Positions 36,777-47,500 are shown, numbered from the whole stretch's first letter. The stretch: DNA of 63,428 bases, filler included, from Anaerolineae bacterium (GCA_041082215.1; 7 parts of 7 records of this genome joined end to end with filler, not necessarily neighbours in it); one strand, 5' to 3'. The notes: generated from the letters alone by a model not told the origin. Numbers and translations are program-made.

Positions 36777-37121
36777 ATGGTGGAGATCATCCGGGAGTTT
36801 GTCGTTAAAGAAGAGGCGCGGGGGCCGTTCGAGCTGGCCTTCGGCCCCGGCGGGGCGTGGAGCCGGCTGTTTGCCCGGAGTCCGGGCTTTCAGGGTATTA
36901 CCCTGCTGCGGGATATCCGGAATCCCCGTCGGTATCTGATGGTGGAGTCCTGGGCAACGGAGGCCCAGCGGGAGCAGGCGCTGGCCGGGTGCGGGGAGGA
37001 GCACGCGCAACTGGACGCCACCCTGACCGGATGGGCCGAATCCCGGACTGAACTGGGGGTGTTCCGGATGCTCGCCGAGGCGGGAGTGCGCCCCCGGAGC
37101 GGAGCCGGAAGGACCAGATAG
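36777..37121 (+). CDS. Antibiotic biosynthesis monooxygenase (ABM) family protein
   Basis: AAGGAG RBS; SPGFQGITLLRD...YLMVESW motif. Confidence 0.75.
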   Translation: MVEIIREFVVKEEARGPFELAFGPGGAWSRLFARSPGFQGITLLRDIRNPRRYLMVESWATEAQREQALAGCGEEHAQLDATLTGWAESRTELGVFRMLAEAGVRPRSGAGRTR

Positions 37122-37126
37122 CATTG

Positions 37127-38659
37127 TCACCCGGGGTAGGGCCGTCCGGCCTGGTATGAACTCCGCACCAGCGGCCCCGCCACGACTTTCTGGAATCCCA
37201 GCGTTTCCGCTTTTTCCCGGTATGCCGTGAACTCCTCAGGGGGGACGTAGCGGACGACCGGATGCTGGTGCCCGGTGGGCTGCAGATACTGCCCCAGAGT
37301 CAGCTCATCACATCGGGCCTCCCGCAGGTCGGAGAGGAGTTGCAGGACCTCCGTCGTCCGTTCCCCCAGCCCCAGCATCAATCCAGACTTGGTGGCTGTT
37401 TGGGGGGCCCGGGCCTTGATCCAGGCCAGCACGCCCAGCGAACGCCGGTAGTCGGCCTGGGGGCGGATGAGGGGATACAGCCGGGGCACTGTCTCCACGT
37501 TGTGGTTCACCACGTCGGGGCCGGCATTCAGGACCGTCTCCAGCGCCGCCAGTGAGCCGCGAAAATCGGGGATCAGGACCTCCACCCCCGCCTCCGGCAG
37601 GCGGCTGCGGATGGCCCGCACCGTGGCGGCGAAATGGCCTGCTCCTCCGTCGGGCAGGTCATCCCGCGTGACCGAGGTGACCACCACATGGCGCAGATGC
37701 AGCCGGGCTGCCGCTTCCGCCACCCGCTCCGGCTCCTCCGGGTCCGGAGGGCGTGGCCGCCCTTTCCTCACCGCACAGAAACGGCAGTTCCGGGTGCAGA
37801 CATCCCCCAGGATCAGGAACGTCGCAGTGCCCTGCCCGAAGCACTCCGGCAGGTTGGGACAGAGGGCCTCCTGACAGACGGTGTGGAGCGCCAGGCCCTC
37901 CAGCAGCTCCTCCATCCGACGCACGGCTTCCTGGCGCTCCACCGAGATGTTTCGCCACAGCCAGGCCGGCTGCCCGGCCCATTCGCCCATGCGCCTGCGG
38001 AAAGCGACCGGGTCCTCCTCTTTCACCCGGTGGCCGAACACTTCGGCAAACGCCTGCACAAACCGATCGGCTACCCCCCTCCGATCCGGCGCATATCCCA
38101 GTTCCCGCTCCATAGAGGTCACCCCCCGGCCCCGCAGGCCGCAGGGGATAAAAAAGTCGAAGTGGGCCATATGGGGGGCGATGTTCAACGCCAGCCCGTG
38201 GCGAGTGACCCCTTCCCGAACGGAGATACCAATGGCCGCGATTTTCCGGCCGTTCACCCAGACGCCCGGATGCCCCTCCAGCCGTTCGGCAGCCAGGCCA
38301 TATGCCCGCAGCGTCCGGATCGCGGCCTCCTCCAGCCGCCAGACGTATCCGTAGAGGTCCCCATCGGGCAGATGGAGGATGGGGTAGGCGACCAGTTGCC
38401 CCGGCCCGTGGTAAGTCGCCCGTCCGCCCCGGTCGGTGGGGATCACGCGGATGCCCTGCTGAAGGAGGAATTCCAGGGAGGTCAGGAGGTCTTCCTCGCC
38501 TCCGCCCCGCCCGACGGTGATGACCGGCGGATGTTCCAGGAGAAGCAACGCATCGCCGGCGGCCCCTCGCGCCCGGGCTGCGGCCACTTCCTCCTGGAGG
38601 CGCAGAGCCTCCTCGTAGTCCACCACGCCGAGGCGGATAACGGAGATAATGTCCGTCAT
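37127..38659 (-). CDS. lipB-lipA: Fused octanoyltransferase LipB - lipoyl synthase LipA
   Basis: [23 protein letters not shown] and PCG (LipB), then [20 protein letters not shown] and RSSY (LipA). Confidence 0.93.
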   Translation of the reverse strand: MTDIISVIRLGVVDYEEALRLQEEVAAARARGAAGDALLLLEHPPVITVGRGGGEEDLLTSLEFLLQQGIRVIPTDRGGRATYHGPGQLVAYPILHLPDGDLYGYVWRLEEAAIRTLRAYGLAAERLEGHPGVWVNGRKIAAIGISVREGVTRHGLALNIAPHMAHFDFFIPCGLRGRGVTSMERELGYAPDRRGVADRFVQAFAEVFGHRVKEEDPVAFRRRMGEWAGQPAWLWRNISVERQEAVRRMEELLEGLALHTVCQEALCPNLPECFGQGTATFLILGDVCTRNCRFCAVRKGRPRPPDPEEPERVAEAAARLHLRHVVVTSVTRDDLPDGGAGHFAATVRAIRSRLPEAGVEVLIPDFRGSLAALETVLNAGPDVVNHNVETVPRLYPLIRPQADYRRSLGVLAWIKARAPQTATKSGLMLGLGERTTEVLQLLSDLREARCDELTLGQYLQPTGHQHPVVRYVPPEEFTAYREKAETLGFQKVVAGPLVRSSYQAGRPYPG

Positions 38660-38686
38660 CCCATAACCGTTATTCACATTTTGCGG

Positions 38687-38713
38687 GTAGCGCAGGACCG
38701 AATCCTGCGCTAC
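38687..38713. repeat. GTAG-type REP-like palindrome
   Basis: GTAGCGCAGGA-CCGAA-TCCTGCGCTAC, perfect 11-bp stem overlapping the lpdA stop codon. Confidence 0.6.
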
Positions 38714-40083
38714 ATTTTGGGCAGATGCAGCGACCGCTTTTCCACATCCATCGCTGCATCCACCAGTGCCTCCCCGATGGATGGGTGGGCGGGGATCAGG
38801 CGGATGAGTTCCTGGACCGTCGCTTCGGCCATCATCGCCACTGCAGCCGTGTTAATGAGGTCCGCTGCGCCGGGGGCCATGATGTGGACGCCCAGGACCT
38901 TTCCGTATCGGCCAGCGACGACTTTGACCATCCCCGACGGCTCTTCCAGGATCATCGCGTAGGGGTTAATGGCGATAGGGAACTTGCCGACCGTCACCTC
39001 CAGCCCCTGTGCCAGCGCCTCCTCTTCCGTCAGGCCCGCCCAGGCCACCTCCGGCCAGGTGTAGATGCATCGAGGGAGTGCGGTGTAGTCCATCCGGCTG
39101 GCCCGTCCCAGCGCATTCTCGGCGGCGACGATGCCCTCGGCGTTGGCCTTGTGGGACCACATCGGCCCGGCCGCCACATCGCCGACAGCGTAGATGTGCG
39201 GGACGCTGGTCTCCATCCGGTCGTTGACCACGATGGCGCCTCCCTCCGTCCGGACCCCCTGCTCCCGCAGGCCCAGGCCGATGGAGTTGGGCAAACGGCG
39301 GGCCGCCAGGACGCGCTCTGCCACCACTTCCTGTCCGCCGGCCAGAAGGACGGCCAGAGCACCGTCCTCCCGCTGGCGGACCGCCTCCACCGCGACGCCC
39401 CGCCGGATGGCGATGCCGGAGTCGTAGAGGTGCTTGCCCAGGCGCTGGGAGATCTCCCGGTCGGCTTCGGGCAGCAACTGGGGGCCAGGCTCGATCAGCG
39501 TGACCTGGCTGCCCATCGCCTGGAAGTACTGGGCCAGTTCCAGGTCCCAGGGCTGGCTTCCAATGATGGCCAGGCGGGCCGGGGCCTCCCCCAGCGTGAC
39601 TGCCTCCTCGGTCCCCATCACGCCGGGGAGGTCCGCCCCTTCGATGGGCGGTTGGGCCGCCACCGACCCGGTGGCGACGACGATGTTGCGGGCCGGGATC
39701 CGCTGCCCGTCCACCTCCACCGCGTCCCGTGCTGCCAGCCGGCCCCGTCCCCGCAGCAGCGTGACCCCGTACTCGGCCAGCAATTGCTCCGTGCCCAGGC
39801 GCAGCCCCTCGATCAGCAGCTCCTTGCGTTCATGGAGGGCCTGGAAGTCCGGCGTCGGCTCCCCGGCCCGGATGCCGAAGAGCGCGGCCTTCCGGAAAGA
39901 CTGCATCAGCCGTGCGGCGGCCATCAGAAACGTGGTGGGGATGCAGGCCCGGTTCATGCAATTCCCACCGTAGAGGTCCGCTTCCACCAGGGTCACCCGA
40001 CCGCCCAGTTGGGCGGCGCGCATGGCGGCGGCGAACCCGCCCGACCCCCCACCGATCACAACCAGGTCCTGGATTTCCGTCAT
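38710..40083 (-). CDS. lpdA: Dihydrolipoamide dehydrogenase (E3)
   Basis: GGGSGG FAD motif, CMNRAC disulfide and HPSIGE. The NAD-binding motif is atypical. Confidence 0.85.
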   Translation of the reverse strand: MTEIQDLVVIGGGSGGFAAAMRAAQLGGRVTLVEADLYGGNCMNRACIPTTFLMAAARLMQSFRKAALFGIRAGEPTPDFQALHERKELLIEGLRLGTEQLLAEYGVTLLRGRGRLAARDAVEVDGQRIPARNIVVATGSVAAQPPIEGADLPGVMGTEEAVTLGEAPARLAIIGSQPWDLELAQYFQAMGSQVTLIEPGPQLLPEADREISQRLGKHLYDSGIAIRRGVAVEAVRQREDGALAVLLAGGQEVVAERVLAARRLPNSIGLGLREQGVRTEGGAIVVNDRMETSVPHIYAVGDVAAGPMWSHKANAEGIVAAENALGRASRMDYTALPRCIYTWPEVAWAGLTEEEALAQGLEVTVGKFPIAINPYAMILEEPSGMVKVVAGRYGKVLGVHIMAPGAADLINTAAVAMMAEATVQELIRLIPAHPSIGEALVDAAMDVEKRSLHLPKM

Positions 40084-40093
40084 CGTCGGCTCC

Positions 40094-41401
40094 TCATGGG
40101 ATGAACAGCAGGGCCGGATGTTCCAGATAGCGGACAACCGTCTGGAGGAAGGCCGCTCCGGGGGCTCCGTCCACGATCCGGTGGTCAATGGTCAGGCTGA
40201 GGACCATGCGGGAGCGGGCGGCAATCTGCCCGTTCACCAGAGCCAGCTCCTCGAAGGCCCGTCCCACGCCCAGAATGGCGACCTCCGGCGGGTTGATAAC
40301 GGGCGTGAAGGCGTCGATCCCATACATTCCCAGGTTGGTGATGGTGAACGTGCTGCCGGTCACCTCGTCCACCAGGAGTTCCCCCTTTCGAGCCCGCTCG
40401 GCCAGGTCCCGCACCGCCTGGTGGATTTCCAGTATGGACTTCTGATCGGCGTGGCGGACCACCGGGACGATCAGCCCTTCCTCCAGCGCCACCGCGACGC
40501 CGATGTGGACGTCCCCGTGCAGGACGATTTCCTCCCCGACCAGGGCGCTGTTCAGGATGGGGTGTTCCTTGAGGGCCAGAGCCGTCGCCTTGATGATGAA
40601 GTCGGTATAGGAGAGGCGGGTGTCCCAGCGTTGAGAGAGGAGCTCCCGCAGGCCTGCCAGTTCGGTCACGTCGGCCCGGGCGGTGAGGGTCAGTTGGGCC
40701 ATGGAGTGGAGGCTCTCCATCATCCGTTCGGCGATGGCCTGGCGCATGCCGGTGAACGGGATGGCCTTCGGTGGAGCGGCTGGGGGCGCCTTCCGGCCCT
40801 CCAGCGCACGGAGGACGTCCTCTTCGGTGATCCGTCCTCCCGGCCCCGTGCCGGGGATCTGGCTCAGGTCCAGCCCCTCCTCCTCGGCGATGCGGCGGGC
40901 CAGTGGGGTGGCCTGGACCCGTTGGAGTTGCTCGTGGTAGGCCCGCACGTCGGCCTCGGTGATGCGACCCTCCGGCCCGCTGCCCCGGACGCGGGTCAGA
41001 TCCACCCCCAGCTCCCGGGCCAGGCGACGGGCAGCCGGGGAGGCACGGACCTCCCGGGGGGCCTCCGGTGCAGGGGGTGGGGGTGGCGGAGCAGCCTCCC
41101 GCACCTCTATCGGCGCGGCCTCTGGCACAGGGGGCGGGGCCATTTCCACCTCCGGCATCGGCTCGCCCGGGCTTAAGATGAAGCCGATCACCTGCCCGAC
41201 CGCGCGGGTCTCCTTAGGCCCGGCCAGGATGCGCAGGATGCCCGATGCGGGCGCCTCCACCGTGTAGGTGATCTTCTTGCTCATCACCACCACGACAGGC
41301 TCCCCTTTGGCGACCTCCTCGCCATCCTGTTTCAACCACTTGACGACGGTCCCTTCCGTCATCGCCATACCGAGTTTCGGCATAATGATCTGGGTTGCCA
41401 T
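40094..41401 (-). CDS. acoC: Dihydrolipoamide acetyltransferase (E2) with lipoyl and two E3-binding domains
   Basis: MPKLGMAMTEG, two A(S/T)P.ARR...G(S/T)GP.GRI repeats, and DHRIVDG. Confidence 0.9.
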   Translation of the reverse strand: MATQIIMPKLGMAMTEGTVVKWLKQDGEEVAKGEPVVVVMSKKITYTVEAPASGILRILAGPKETRAVGQVIGFILSPGEPMPEVEMAPPPVPEAAPIEVREAAPPPPPPAPEAPREVRASPAARRLARELGVDLTRVRGSGPEGRITEADVRAYHEQLQRVQATPLARRIAEEEGLDLSQIPGTGPGGRITEEDVLRALEGRKAPPAAPPKAIPFTGMRQAIAERMMESLHSMAQLTLTARADVTELAGLRELLSQRWDTRLSYTDFIIKATALALKEHPILNSALVGEEIVLHGDVHIGVAVALEEGLIVPVVRHADQKSILEIHQAVRDLAERARKGELLVDEVTGSTFTITNLGMYGIDAFTPVINPPEVAILGVGRAFEELALVNGQIAARSRMVLSLTIDHRIVDGAPGAAFLQTVVRYLEHPALLFIP

Positions 41402-41428
41402 TTTACCTCCGGAGTGGGGCCAGCTCCC

Positions 41429-42490
41429 TCAGCAGGGGCTTCGGCAGACGCCCAGGCTGGCCAGCCGGCACTGATTGCCAGCCAGATGTGGGGCGGCATA
41501 GAAGCACTGATGCTGGGCTGCCAGCGCCAGCGCCCGTCCCACGTCCACCACGCGTGGCCCCTGGTCGCTGAGGCGAATCACAACCTCCCGGTCCCTGTGG
41601 ATTCCCACCTCCCGCTCGCCGTCCAGGGCCAGAATGGAGGGCTGGAAATGGACCCTTTCCTCGTCGCCGACCGCCAGCAGGCGGAATGCGGAGATGTGGA
41701 CCGGCTTCACCAGCCCCGGCCCGACCGGGGCGGCCAGTTCCACACCATCGGCACTCTCCGGGTCGGCCAGGCGGATGTAGGCTCCGTGGTGGCTGTCCAT
41801 CCGGGCGCAGTGGAGGTTCCCGCCGATGGAGGAAAGGCCCACGTTGCTGGCCGCAGCCCGGGCGAGGAAAATCTCCCGCACCTTGCCGATGTCCCAGATG
41901 GCCCGGGTTGCCACGAACGGGTCGTCATAGACCGCCACATCCACCAGCGCCAGGTCCACCGGCTGGCCGTCTATCACCACATCCAGACGGTGCGTCGGGA
42001 GGGTGGCCTCTTCCAGCGGGACCAGTCCCTGGGCGACCACGCCGGCGGCCAGGCCGGCGATGGTCCCCTCCACCATCACGGGAAACACGTTGTTGGTCCC
42101 GGTGGAGATGGGCATGATGGGGATGTCCACAGTGCCTTTTGCCACCACCCGGTTGGTGCCATCTCCGCCCAGGGTGATGATGCAGGCGACCCCGGCCTCG
42201 GCCATCAGGCTGGCCGCCAGGGTGGAATCGTCCTGCGTCCCCCGGATGCGCATGGGGAGCGGACGGACATCTATGCGGATGTGGATGGCTTCCAGAGCCC
42301 TGGGGACGATGCCGAAGTAGTCGGGCATGAAGAGCACCTGTTCTACCCCGACGGCCTCCAGTCCCAGCAGCACCCGCCGGACGATATTGACCTTTTCGTT
42401 GTTATCGAAGACCGACCCGTGGGCCACCAGGCGGCGGATGTCCTTGCCGGAGGCCGGGTTGGCGATGATGCCGACAAAGGCTTTTTCCAT
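41429..42490 (-). CDS. acoX: Acetoin catabolism protein AcoX (NAD kinase-like)
   Basis: GIIANPASGKDIRRLVA, LGGDGTNR and STGTNNVFP motifs. Confidence 0.9.
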   Translation of the reverse strand: MEKAFVGIIANPASGKDIRRLVAHGSVFDNNEKVNIVRRVLLGLEAVGVEQVLFMPDYFGIVPRALEAIHIRIDVRPLPMRIRGTQDDSTLAASLMAEAGVACIITLGGDGTNRVVAKGTVDIPIMPISTGTNNVFPVMVEGTIAGLAAGVVAQGLVPLEEATLPTHRLDVVIDGQPVDLALVDVAVYDDPFVATRAIWDIGKVREIFLARAAASNVGLSSIGGNLHCARMDSHHGAYIRLADPESADGVELAAPVGPGLVKPVHISAFRLLAVGDEERVHFQPSILALDGEREVGIHRDREVVIRLSDQGPRVVDVGRALALAAQHQCFYAAPHLAGNQCRLASLGVCRSPC

Positions 42491-42675
42491 TGGTCACCCT
42501 TTCAGGAGTTATGCGCTTGTGTTCGCGAGGATGTTCCGGGCACAGGAGGGGTTTGGAGCAGCGATTTTGCCACTGCCCCAAACCCCGTTTCCGTCTTACG
42601 CGCCAAATTCATAACCGGTCCCCCGGCATGGCTTTGAGACAGCCTGAAGGTGGGCGGAGAACTCTCGCCGGTACG

Positions 42676-43473
42676 TCAAATACAGGCCTTTACCATTCCC
42701 CCGTCCACGTTGATTGCCTGACCGGTAATGAAGCTGGCCTTTTCGGATGCCAGAAATGCTACCGTGTAGGCGATCTCTTCGGGATAGCCATACCGTCCCA
42801 GGGGGATGTTCTGCTCGGCAAACCACTGGATGGCTTCCTGAGCGGATTTGCCAACCATTTTCCCCAACTGTTCTCCCAACTGACCAGGCCCTTCCCACAG
42901 GGGGGTCCGGATCGGGCCAGGGCAGACCGCGTTGACCAGGATGCCGTCTTTGGCCAGGTAGTTGGCAAAGTCTTTGGTGACCATAATGACGGCGGCCTTG
43001 ATGGCGTCGTAGTCCAGCAACCCGCCTGGCTGCTTGCCGAAGATGGAGGAAATGTTGATGATGCGGCCCCATTTCTGCTGGCGCATGTGCGGGACAACCG
43101 CCTTACTCAGGCGGATCAGGCCGTAGAGCATGAGTTCCATGTTATACCGGAACTCCTCCTCCGGCAAGGTCATCAGGTCGCTCAATCGGCCTGTGCCCGC
43201 GTTATTGACCAGGATGTCAATACGCCCGAACCGCTCGGCTGCCTGAGCTACGAAACGATCGGTTTCTTCCTCTTTGGTGACATCAGCCTGCACGCCCAGG
43301 ACCTCCACGCCCTTTGCCTGTGCCTCCTCCACAGTCTTCTGGAGGGCCCGAGGGTTGATATCACAGATGGCGATATGACATCCCTCATCGGCCAGGACCA
43401 GCGTGCAGGCCCTGCCGATCCCCGATCCGGCCCCGGTGATCAGGGCCACTCGTCCCTTCAACCCGAAATCCAT
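42676..43473 (-). CDS. SDR family oxidoreductase (possibly acetoin/butanediol-related)
   Basis: TGAGSGIG, NNAG and YDAIK motifs; sits inside the aco cluster. Confidence 0.88.
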   Translation of the reverse strand: MDFGLKGRVALITGAGSGIGRACTLVLADEGCHIAICDINPRALQKTVEEAQAKGVEVLGVQADVTKEEETDRFVAQAAERFGRIDILVNNAGTGRLSDLMTLPEEEFRYNMELMLYGLIRLSKAVVPHMRQQKWGRIINISSIFGKQPGGLLDYDAIKAAVIMVTKDFANYLAKDGILVNAVCPGPIRTPLWEGPGQLGEQLGKMVGKSAQEAIQWFAEQNIPLGRYGYPEEIAYTVAFLASEKASFITGQAINVDGGMVKACI

Positions 43474-43556
43474 TTTTGGTCCCTCCTTTCGCATCCTGGA
43501 CGAATGAACATAAGGCCAGGGGGCAGCAGGAAACCCTCCTGCTGCCCCCTGGACCT

Positions 43557-44531
43557 TTAGGCCACGACCTCCTTCACGGCGGCGACGATTTTCTCCACGC
43601 TGGGGATGAAGGCCTGTTCCAGCACAGGGCTGAAGGGGACCGGTGTGAAGGGAGCCGCCACCCGCTTCGGCGGGGCGTCCAGGTAGTCGAAGGCCTCCTC
43701 AGCCACCGAGGCGACGATCTCACCGCCGGCCCCGCCGTGCTTCACGGCTTCGTGGACGACCACCAGCCGCCGGGTCTTCTTCACCGAGTTGATGATGGTC
43801 TCCATATCCAGCGGGGTCAGGGTGCGGGGGTCCACCACTTCCACGGAGACGCCTTCTCTGGCCAGCTCCTCCGCCGCCGACAGGGCCTTGTGGACCATCG
43901 CCATGGTGGCCACCACGGTGACGTCGGTCCCCTCCCGCTTGATGTCTGCCTGGCCGAAGGGGATAGTGTACGGCTCTTCCGGGACTTCTCCCTCTGTGCC
44001 GTAGAGCATCTTATGCTCGATGAACACAACCGGGTTATCATCCCGGATGGCCGTGATGAGCAGCCCTTTGGCATCGTAGGGGGTGGAGGGGACCACCACT
44101 TTCAGGCCAGGGATGTGCATCATCCAGGCTTCCAGCGACTGGGAGTGCTGGGCGGCGGCGCACATACCGGCCCCGCAGGTTGTCCGCAGGACGATGGGCA
44201 GGCGGGCCTTCCCCCCGAACATGTACTTTATCTTGGCGGCCTGGTTGTACAGCTGGTCCAGGGCGACGCCGATGAAGTCTATAAACATCAGCTCCACCAC
44301 CGGGCGCAGGCCTGCAGCCGCCGCGCCGACTGCCGAGCCGATAATGGCGCTCTCCGTGATGGGCGTATCGCGCACCCGGTCTTCCCCGAACTCCCCCAGC
44401 AGGCCGGCCGTGACGCCGAAGATGCCGCCGTATACGCCCACATCCTCCCCAGCGACATAAATCGTGGGGTCCCGTCGCATCTCTTGCTTCAGCGCCTCAT
44501 TGAGTGCCTGAGCAAAGGTCAGGGTCCGCAT
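43557..44531 (-). CDS. acoB: Acetoin/pyruvate dehydrogenase E1 beta subunit
   Basis: GEDVG, DTPITES and QHSQS motifs; aco context. Confidence 0.88.
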   Translation of the reverse strand: MRTLTFAQALNEALKQEMRRDPTIYVAGEDVGVYGGIFGVTAGLLGEFGEDRVRDTPITESAIIGSAVGAAAAGLRPVVELMFIDFIGVALDQLYNQAAKIKYMFGGKARLPIVLRTTCGAGMCAAAQHSQSLEAWMMHIPGLKVVVPSTPYDAKGLLITAIRDDNPVVFIEHKMLYGTEGEVPEEPYTIPFGQADIKREGTDVTVVATMAMVHKALSAAEELAREGVSVEVVDPRTLTPLDMETIINSVKKTRRLVVVHEAVKHGGAGGEIVASVAEEAFDYLDAPPKRVAAPFTPVPFSPVLEQAFIPSVEKIVAAVKEVVA

Positions 44532-44581
44532 GGGTTCACCTCCGTTCCCAAGACAGGCTTGGACTTTCAAGGACGGCCCGC

Positions 44582-45550
44582 TCACGCGGCAACCGTGTAG
44601 ACATCCTGCAGGAGTTCCTCCGGGGCTGGCCACGGGCTTTCCTCTGCAAAGCGCACGGCCTCCTGCACCCTGGCGACGATGCTGTCGTTGATTTCTTTGG
44701 CTTTGGCTTCGGTCAGCACCCCCATTTCCATAAGTTTCGACTCGAAGCGGGCGATGGGGTCCTTGGCCTTCCACATCTCCTCTTCTTCCCGGGTGCGGTA
44801 GGCCATCGGGTCTCCCTCGAAGTGGCCCCGGTGTCGGTAGGTCTTGCACTCGATCAGGGCCGGGCCTTCGCCTTCCCGGGCCCGCCGGATCGCCTCGCCC
44901 GCCGCTTCGTAGACGGCGATCACGTCGTTCCCGTCCACCACGAACCCGGGGATGTCGTAGGCGGCCGCCCGGTCGGCGATGTCCTGGACGCGCATGGAGC
45001 GGGTCTGGGGTAGGGAGATGCCGTACATGTTGTTTTCCACCACGAAGATGGCCGGAAGCTTCCAGATGGAGGCCAGGTTCACCCCTTCGTGGAAAGTCCC
45101 CTGGTTGGATGCGCCATCACCGAGGAAGCAGACTGCGACCTGACCGGTGCCCTTGTATTTGGCTGCCAGCGCCGCGCCGGTGGCGATGGGCGGTCCCCCA
45201 CCGACGATGCCGTTCGCCCCCAGGATGCCCAGGTCCACGTCGGCGATGTGCATCGAGCCGCCCTTGCCCTTGCAGTACCCGGAGCGCTTACCGAAGAGTT
45301 CCGCCATCATCAGTTTGAGGTCGCCGCCTTTGGAGATCAGGTGCCCGTGGCCCCGGTGGGTGCTGGTGATGTAGTCGTCCTTCCGCAGGTGGGCGCAGAC
45401 CCCGGTGGCGACCGCCTCCTCGCCGATATAGAGGTGCACAAAACCCGGGATTTTGCCCACCGCAAAAAGCTCGGCCACCTTCTCCTCAAAGCGGCGGATG
45501 GTGAGCATATTCGTGTACATCCACAACAACTTTTCGGTATCAATGGACAT
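44582..45550 (-). CDS. acoA: Acetoin/pyruvate dehydrogenase E1 alpha subunit (TPP-dependent)
   Basis: PGFVHLYIGEEA, STHRGHGH, GDGASNQG...ENN and GHFEGD motifs. Confidence 0.9.
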   Translation of the reverse strand: MSIDTEKLLWMYTNMLTIRRFEEKVAELFAVGKIPGFVHLYIGEEAVATGVCAHLRKDDYITSTHRGHGHLISKGGDLKLMMAELFGKRSGYCKGKGGSMHIADVDLGILGANGIVGGGPPIATGAALAAKYKGTGQVAVCFLGDGASNQGTFHEGVNLASIWKLPAIFVVENNMYGISLPQTRSMRVQDIADRAAAYDIPGFVVDGNDVIAVYEAAGEAIRRAREGEGPALIECKTYRHRGHFEGDPMAYRTREEEEMWKAKDPIARFESKLMEMGVLTEAKAKEINDSIVARVQEAVRFAEESPWPAPEELLQDVYTVAA

Positions 45551-45718
45551 CTGGCACCTCCTGGCCTGGACAAGAAAACCCGATACTTGAGTGGGGCAGG
45601 CTGGAAAACCTGCCCTTTGTTTTCGGACAGGCTCTTACTCCGCTGATCGGAAACTCAAAAGCCTCCCCTGACGCACCTCCTTTCCGGTCACCCGACGGCA
45701 GGGGATTCGATTCGGGGT

Positions 45719-46102
45719 TTACCTGCCGGCCTGCAGCTTTTCCTGGTCCACCCAGACGGTGACCACCGCGTTGGCCACAATGATGTCGGGGGATTGGTCC
45801 CCCAGCTCGGGCTGGTACAGGCCGGGGGCTTTCATACCTCCCGGGATGGCCCGTAGGGTCTTCTGTCCGAAGGGGATAACGGAGAGGACTGGATCCGCCT
45901 GCACCTGCTCGGGCGAGGGCACTGCCACCAGGACGTCCACCCGCATCGCGTTCAGGTCCTGCAGATGCAGGATCTCCACCAATCCGCAGAGGCAGCTACG
46001 GGAAATGGCGTCCTGAACGGCTCGGCAAGCGGCTTTGGTGACATCCTGTCCGTGGAGGTCGGCTCCGGTGCCCCATTCCACAATGAAACGTTGCTCAGCC
46101 AT
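45719..46102 (-). CDS. Lin0512 family protein
   Basis: IVEWGTGADLHGQDVTKAACRAV motif. Confidence 0.85.
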   Translation of the reverse strand: MAEQRFIVEWGTGADLHGQDVTKAACRAVQDAISRSCLCGLVEILHLQDLNAMRVDVLVAVPSPEQVQADPVLSVIPFGQKTLRAIPGGMKAPGLYQPELGDQSPDIIVANAVVTVWVDQEKLQAGR

Positions 46103-46204
46103 CGCACCCTCCGGCGTAAGGGTCGGTAAGCCTGGTCGGTTGATGCAATTTACGGGGCTATACGGTTCGAGGAGGGCAGGATAGGGGTTGTCTACATTGG
46201 TTAG

Positions 46205-46233
46205 ATTATACCCTGAGTCCAGGTTATCGTCAA
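46205..46233 (-). promoter_or_regulatory. Near-consensus sigma70 promoter for the Lin0512-aco cluster
   Basis: TTGACG-17 nt-TATAAT. Confidence 0.75.
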
Positions 46234-46262
46234 GTTATCTTCCTGAAGGGTAGGAAAATATA

Positions 46263-46291
46263 TTGCCTGAAATCAGAAGATGTATTAAACT
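46263..46291 (+). promoter_or_regulatory. Divergent sigma70-type promoter
   Basis: TTGCCT-17 nt-TAAACT. Confidence 0.5.
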
Positions 46292-46343
46292 ATTAGTCAT
46301 CCGATCTGTTCACCGGTGCGGCTGGAGGAGGGCGGGCCGAAGG

Positions 46344-47483
46344 ATGCTTCGGGTGGCAGGATCGCCGACTCTGAGAGCTGCTTCCGCCAGGGTACGGGTG
46401 CTGCTGTTGCCACTGTTGTCTTTGCTGGTCCTGGCGTGCGGTGAGCTCCCTGTTGAGCCCAGCCCAGGGATTGACTTCAGAACGCTTCTCCCTGTTGGCA
46501 GTCAGTTCCATCAGGCTTACCCCTTCGACCTCGGTGAGGACTTCAACGATGACGGCAGACCGGACAGGATCTGGGTGGTCTTCTACCGGTTTGATCTACC
46601 CCAGCAGGAGGACAGCTCCGTGGCTCCGATCGGCGGCGCCATCTACTGGCTGGATTCCCAGCGACCGGCCGCGGTGGACAAGAAAGACCTTTTTCTGCCG
46701 GATGGGATGTATCTGTGCGAATGTGACTGCCAGGCTCACAGGGAGGACCTGGTCTCCCGAAGCGATGGAGAGGAGTTGCTGATCACCGACCACTGCGACG
46801 AGCGGATCACCCGACTGGTGGTCTACCGATGGGTTGGGAAGCCGCCGTACTATGAGTACGTGCACCATTTCTCTGGAGATCAGATCACCTGGACACAGAA
46901 CCGGATTACGGTGGAGAGCCGTTTGCCGTCCGTCCTTCCCCTCGCCCGCTCCCAACTGGTCGAGCGGAAGGTGTATGTGATAGAGGGGCAAGATGGAGGC
47001 GGATGGAGGTGGGTGGAAGGCCAGAAAGAGCTTTCCTGTCTTGCGGGTGTGCCTTATGAGCCCGACCGCTCGTTCTATCCGGAGAAGGTAGTGCTGGCGC
47101 TTTATGCCCATTACACGGATACGTTCAAGATCCGAAATTACTTCACCGAAGCAGGATGGGAGCGAGCGGGTGGTTGCTGGAACAGCCAATGCGGCTGCCC
47201 GATGCCGCGAGAACAGGTCCAGTATGTGAGGGTGGAGGAACTACAGCCGGCCCAGCCGTCCCAGCAGAGCGCATCGCCTGGGGAGACCCCTCCTCCTGTG
47301 GAAGGGGCGAGCTCTTCGCTTCCGGGCGGGGTGGCTGTTGTGATCGCTTCCATTGTCTGCGAGCCAGCCGGGCTGGAAGCGAAGCCAGTCCAGGTGATGT
47401 GGGTGCTGGTCCAGGAAGGGAACCACTGGCTGCTGAATGACGTTATCGTGATGCCCCCGCAGGGGCAACCGCCGCAACAATAG
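46344..47483 (+). CDS. Hypothetical Cys-rich lipoprotein
   Basis: Hydrophobic stretch with lipobox VLAC; CECDC and CWNSQCGC motifs. Start codon uncertain. Confidence 0.7.
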   Translation: MLRVAGSPTLRAASARVRVLLLPLLSLLVLACGELPVEPSPGIDFRTLLPVGSQFHQAYPFDLGEDFNDDGRPDRIWVVFYRFDLPQQEDSSVAPIGGAIYWLDSQRPAAVDKKDLFLPDGMYLCECDCQAHREDLVSRSDGEELLITDHCDERITRLVVYRWVGKPPYYEYVHHFSGDQITWTQNRITVESRLPSVLPLARSQLVERKVYVIEGQDGGGWRWVEGQKELSCLAGVPYEPDRSFYPEKVVLALYAHYTDTFKIRNYFTEAGWERAGGCWNSQCGCPMPREQVQYVRVEELQPAQPSQQSASPGETPPPVEGASSSLPGGVAVVIASIVCEPAGLEAKPVQVMWVLVQEGNHWLLNDVIVMPPQGQPPQQ

Positions 47484-47500
47484 GGTGTAGATCAAGAATA

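Noticed and set aside
41402..41431. acoX ends in Cys-TGA in frame with acoC, suggesting possible Sec read-through
   Set aside because: No convincing SECIS hairpin. acoC has its own GGAGG RBS and a normal N-terminus, and in-frame phase has a 1-in-3 chance.
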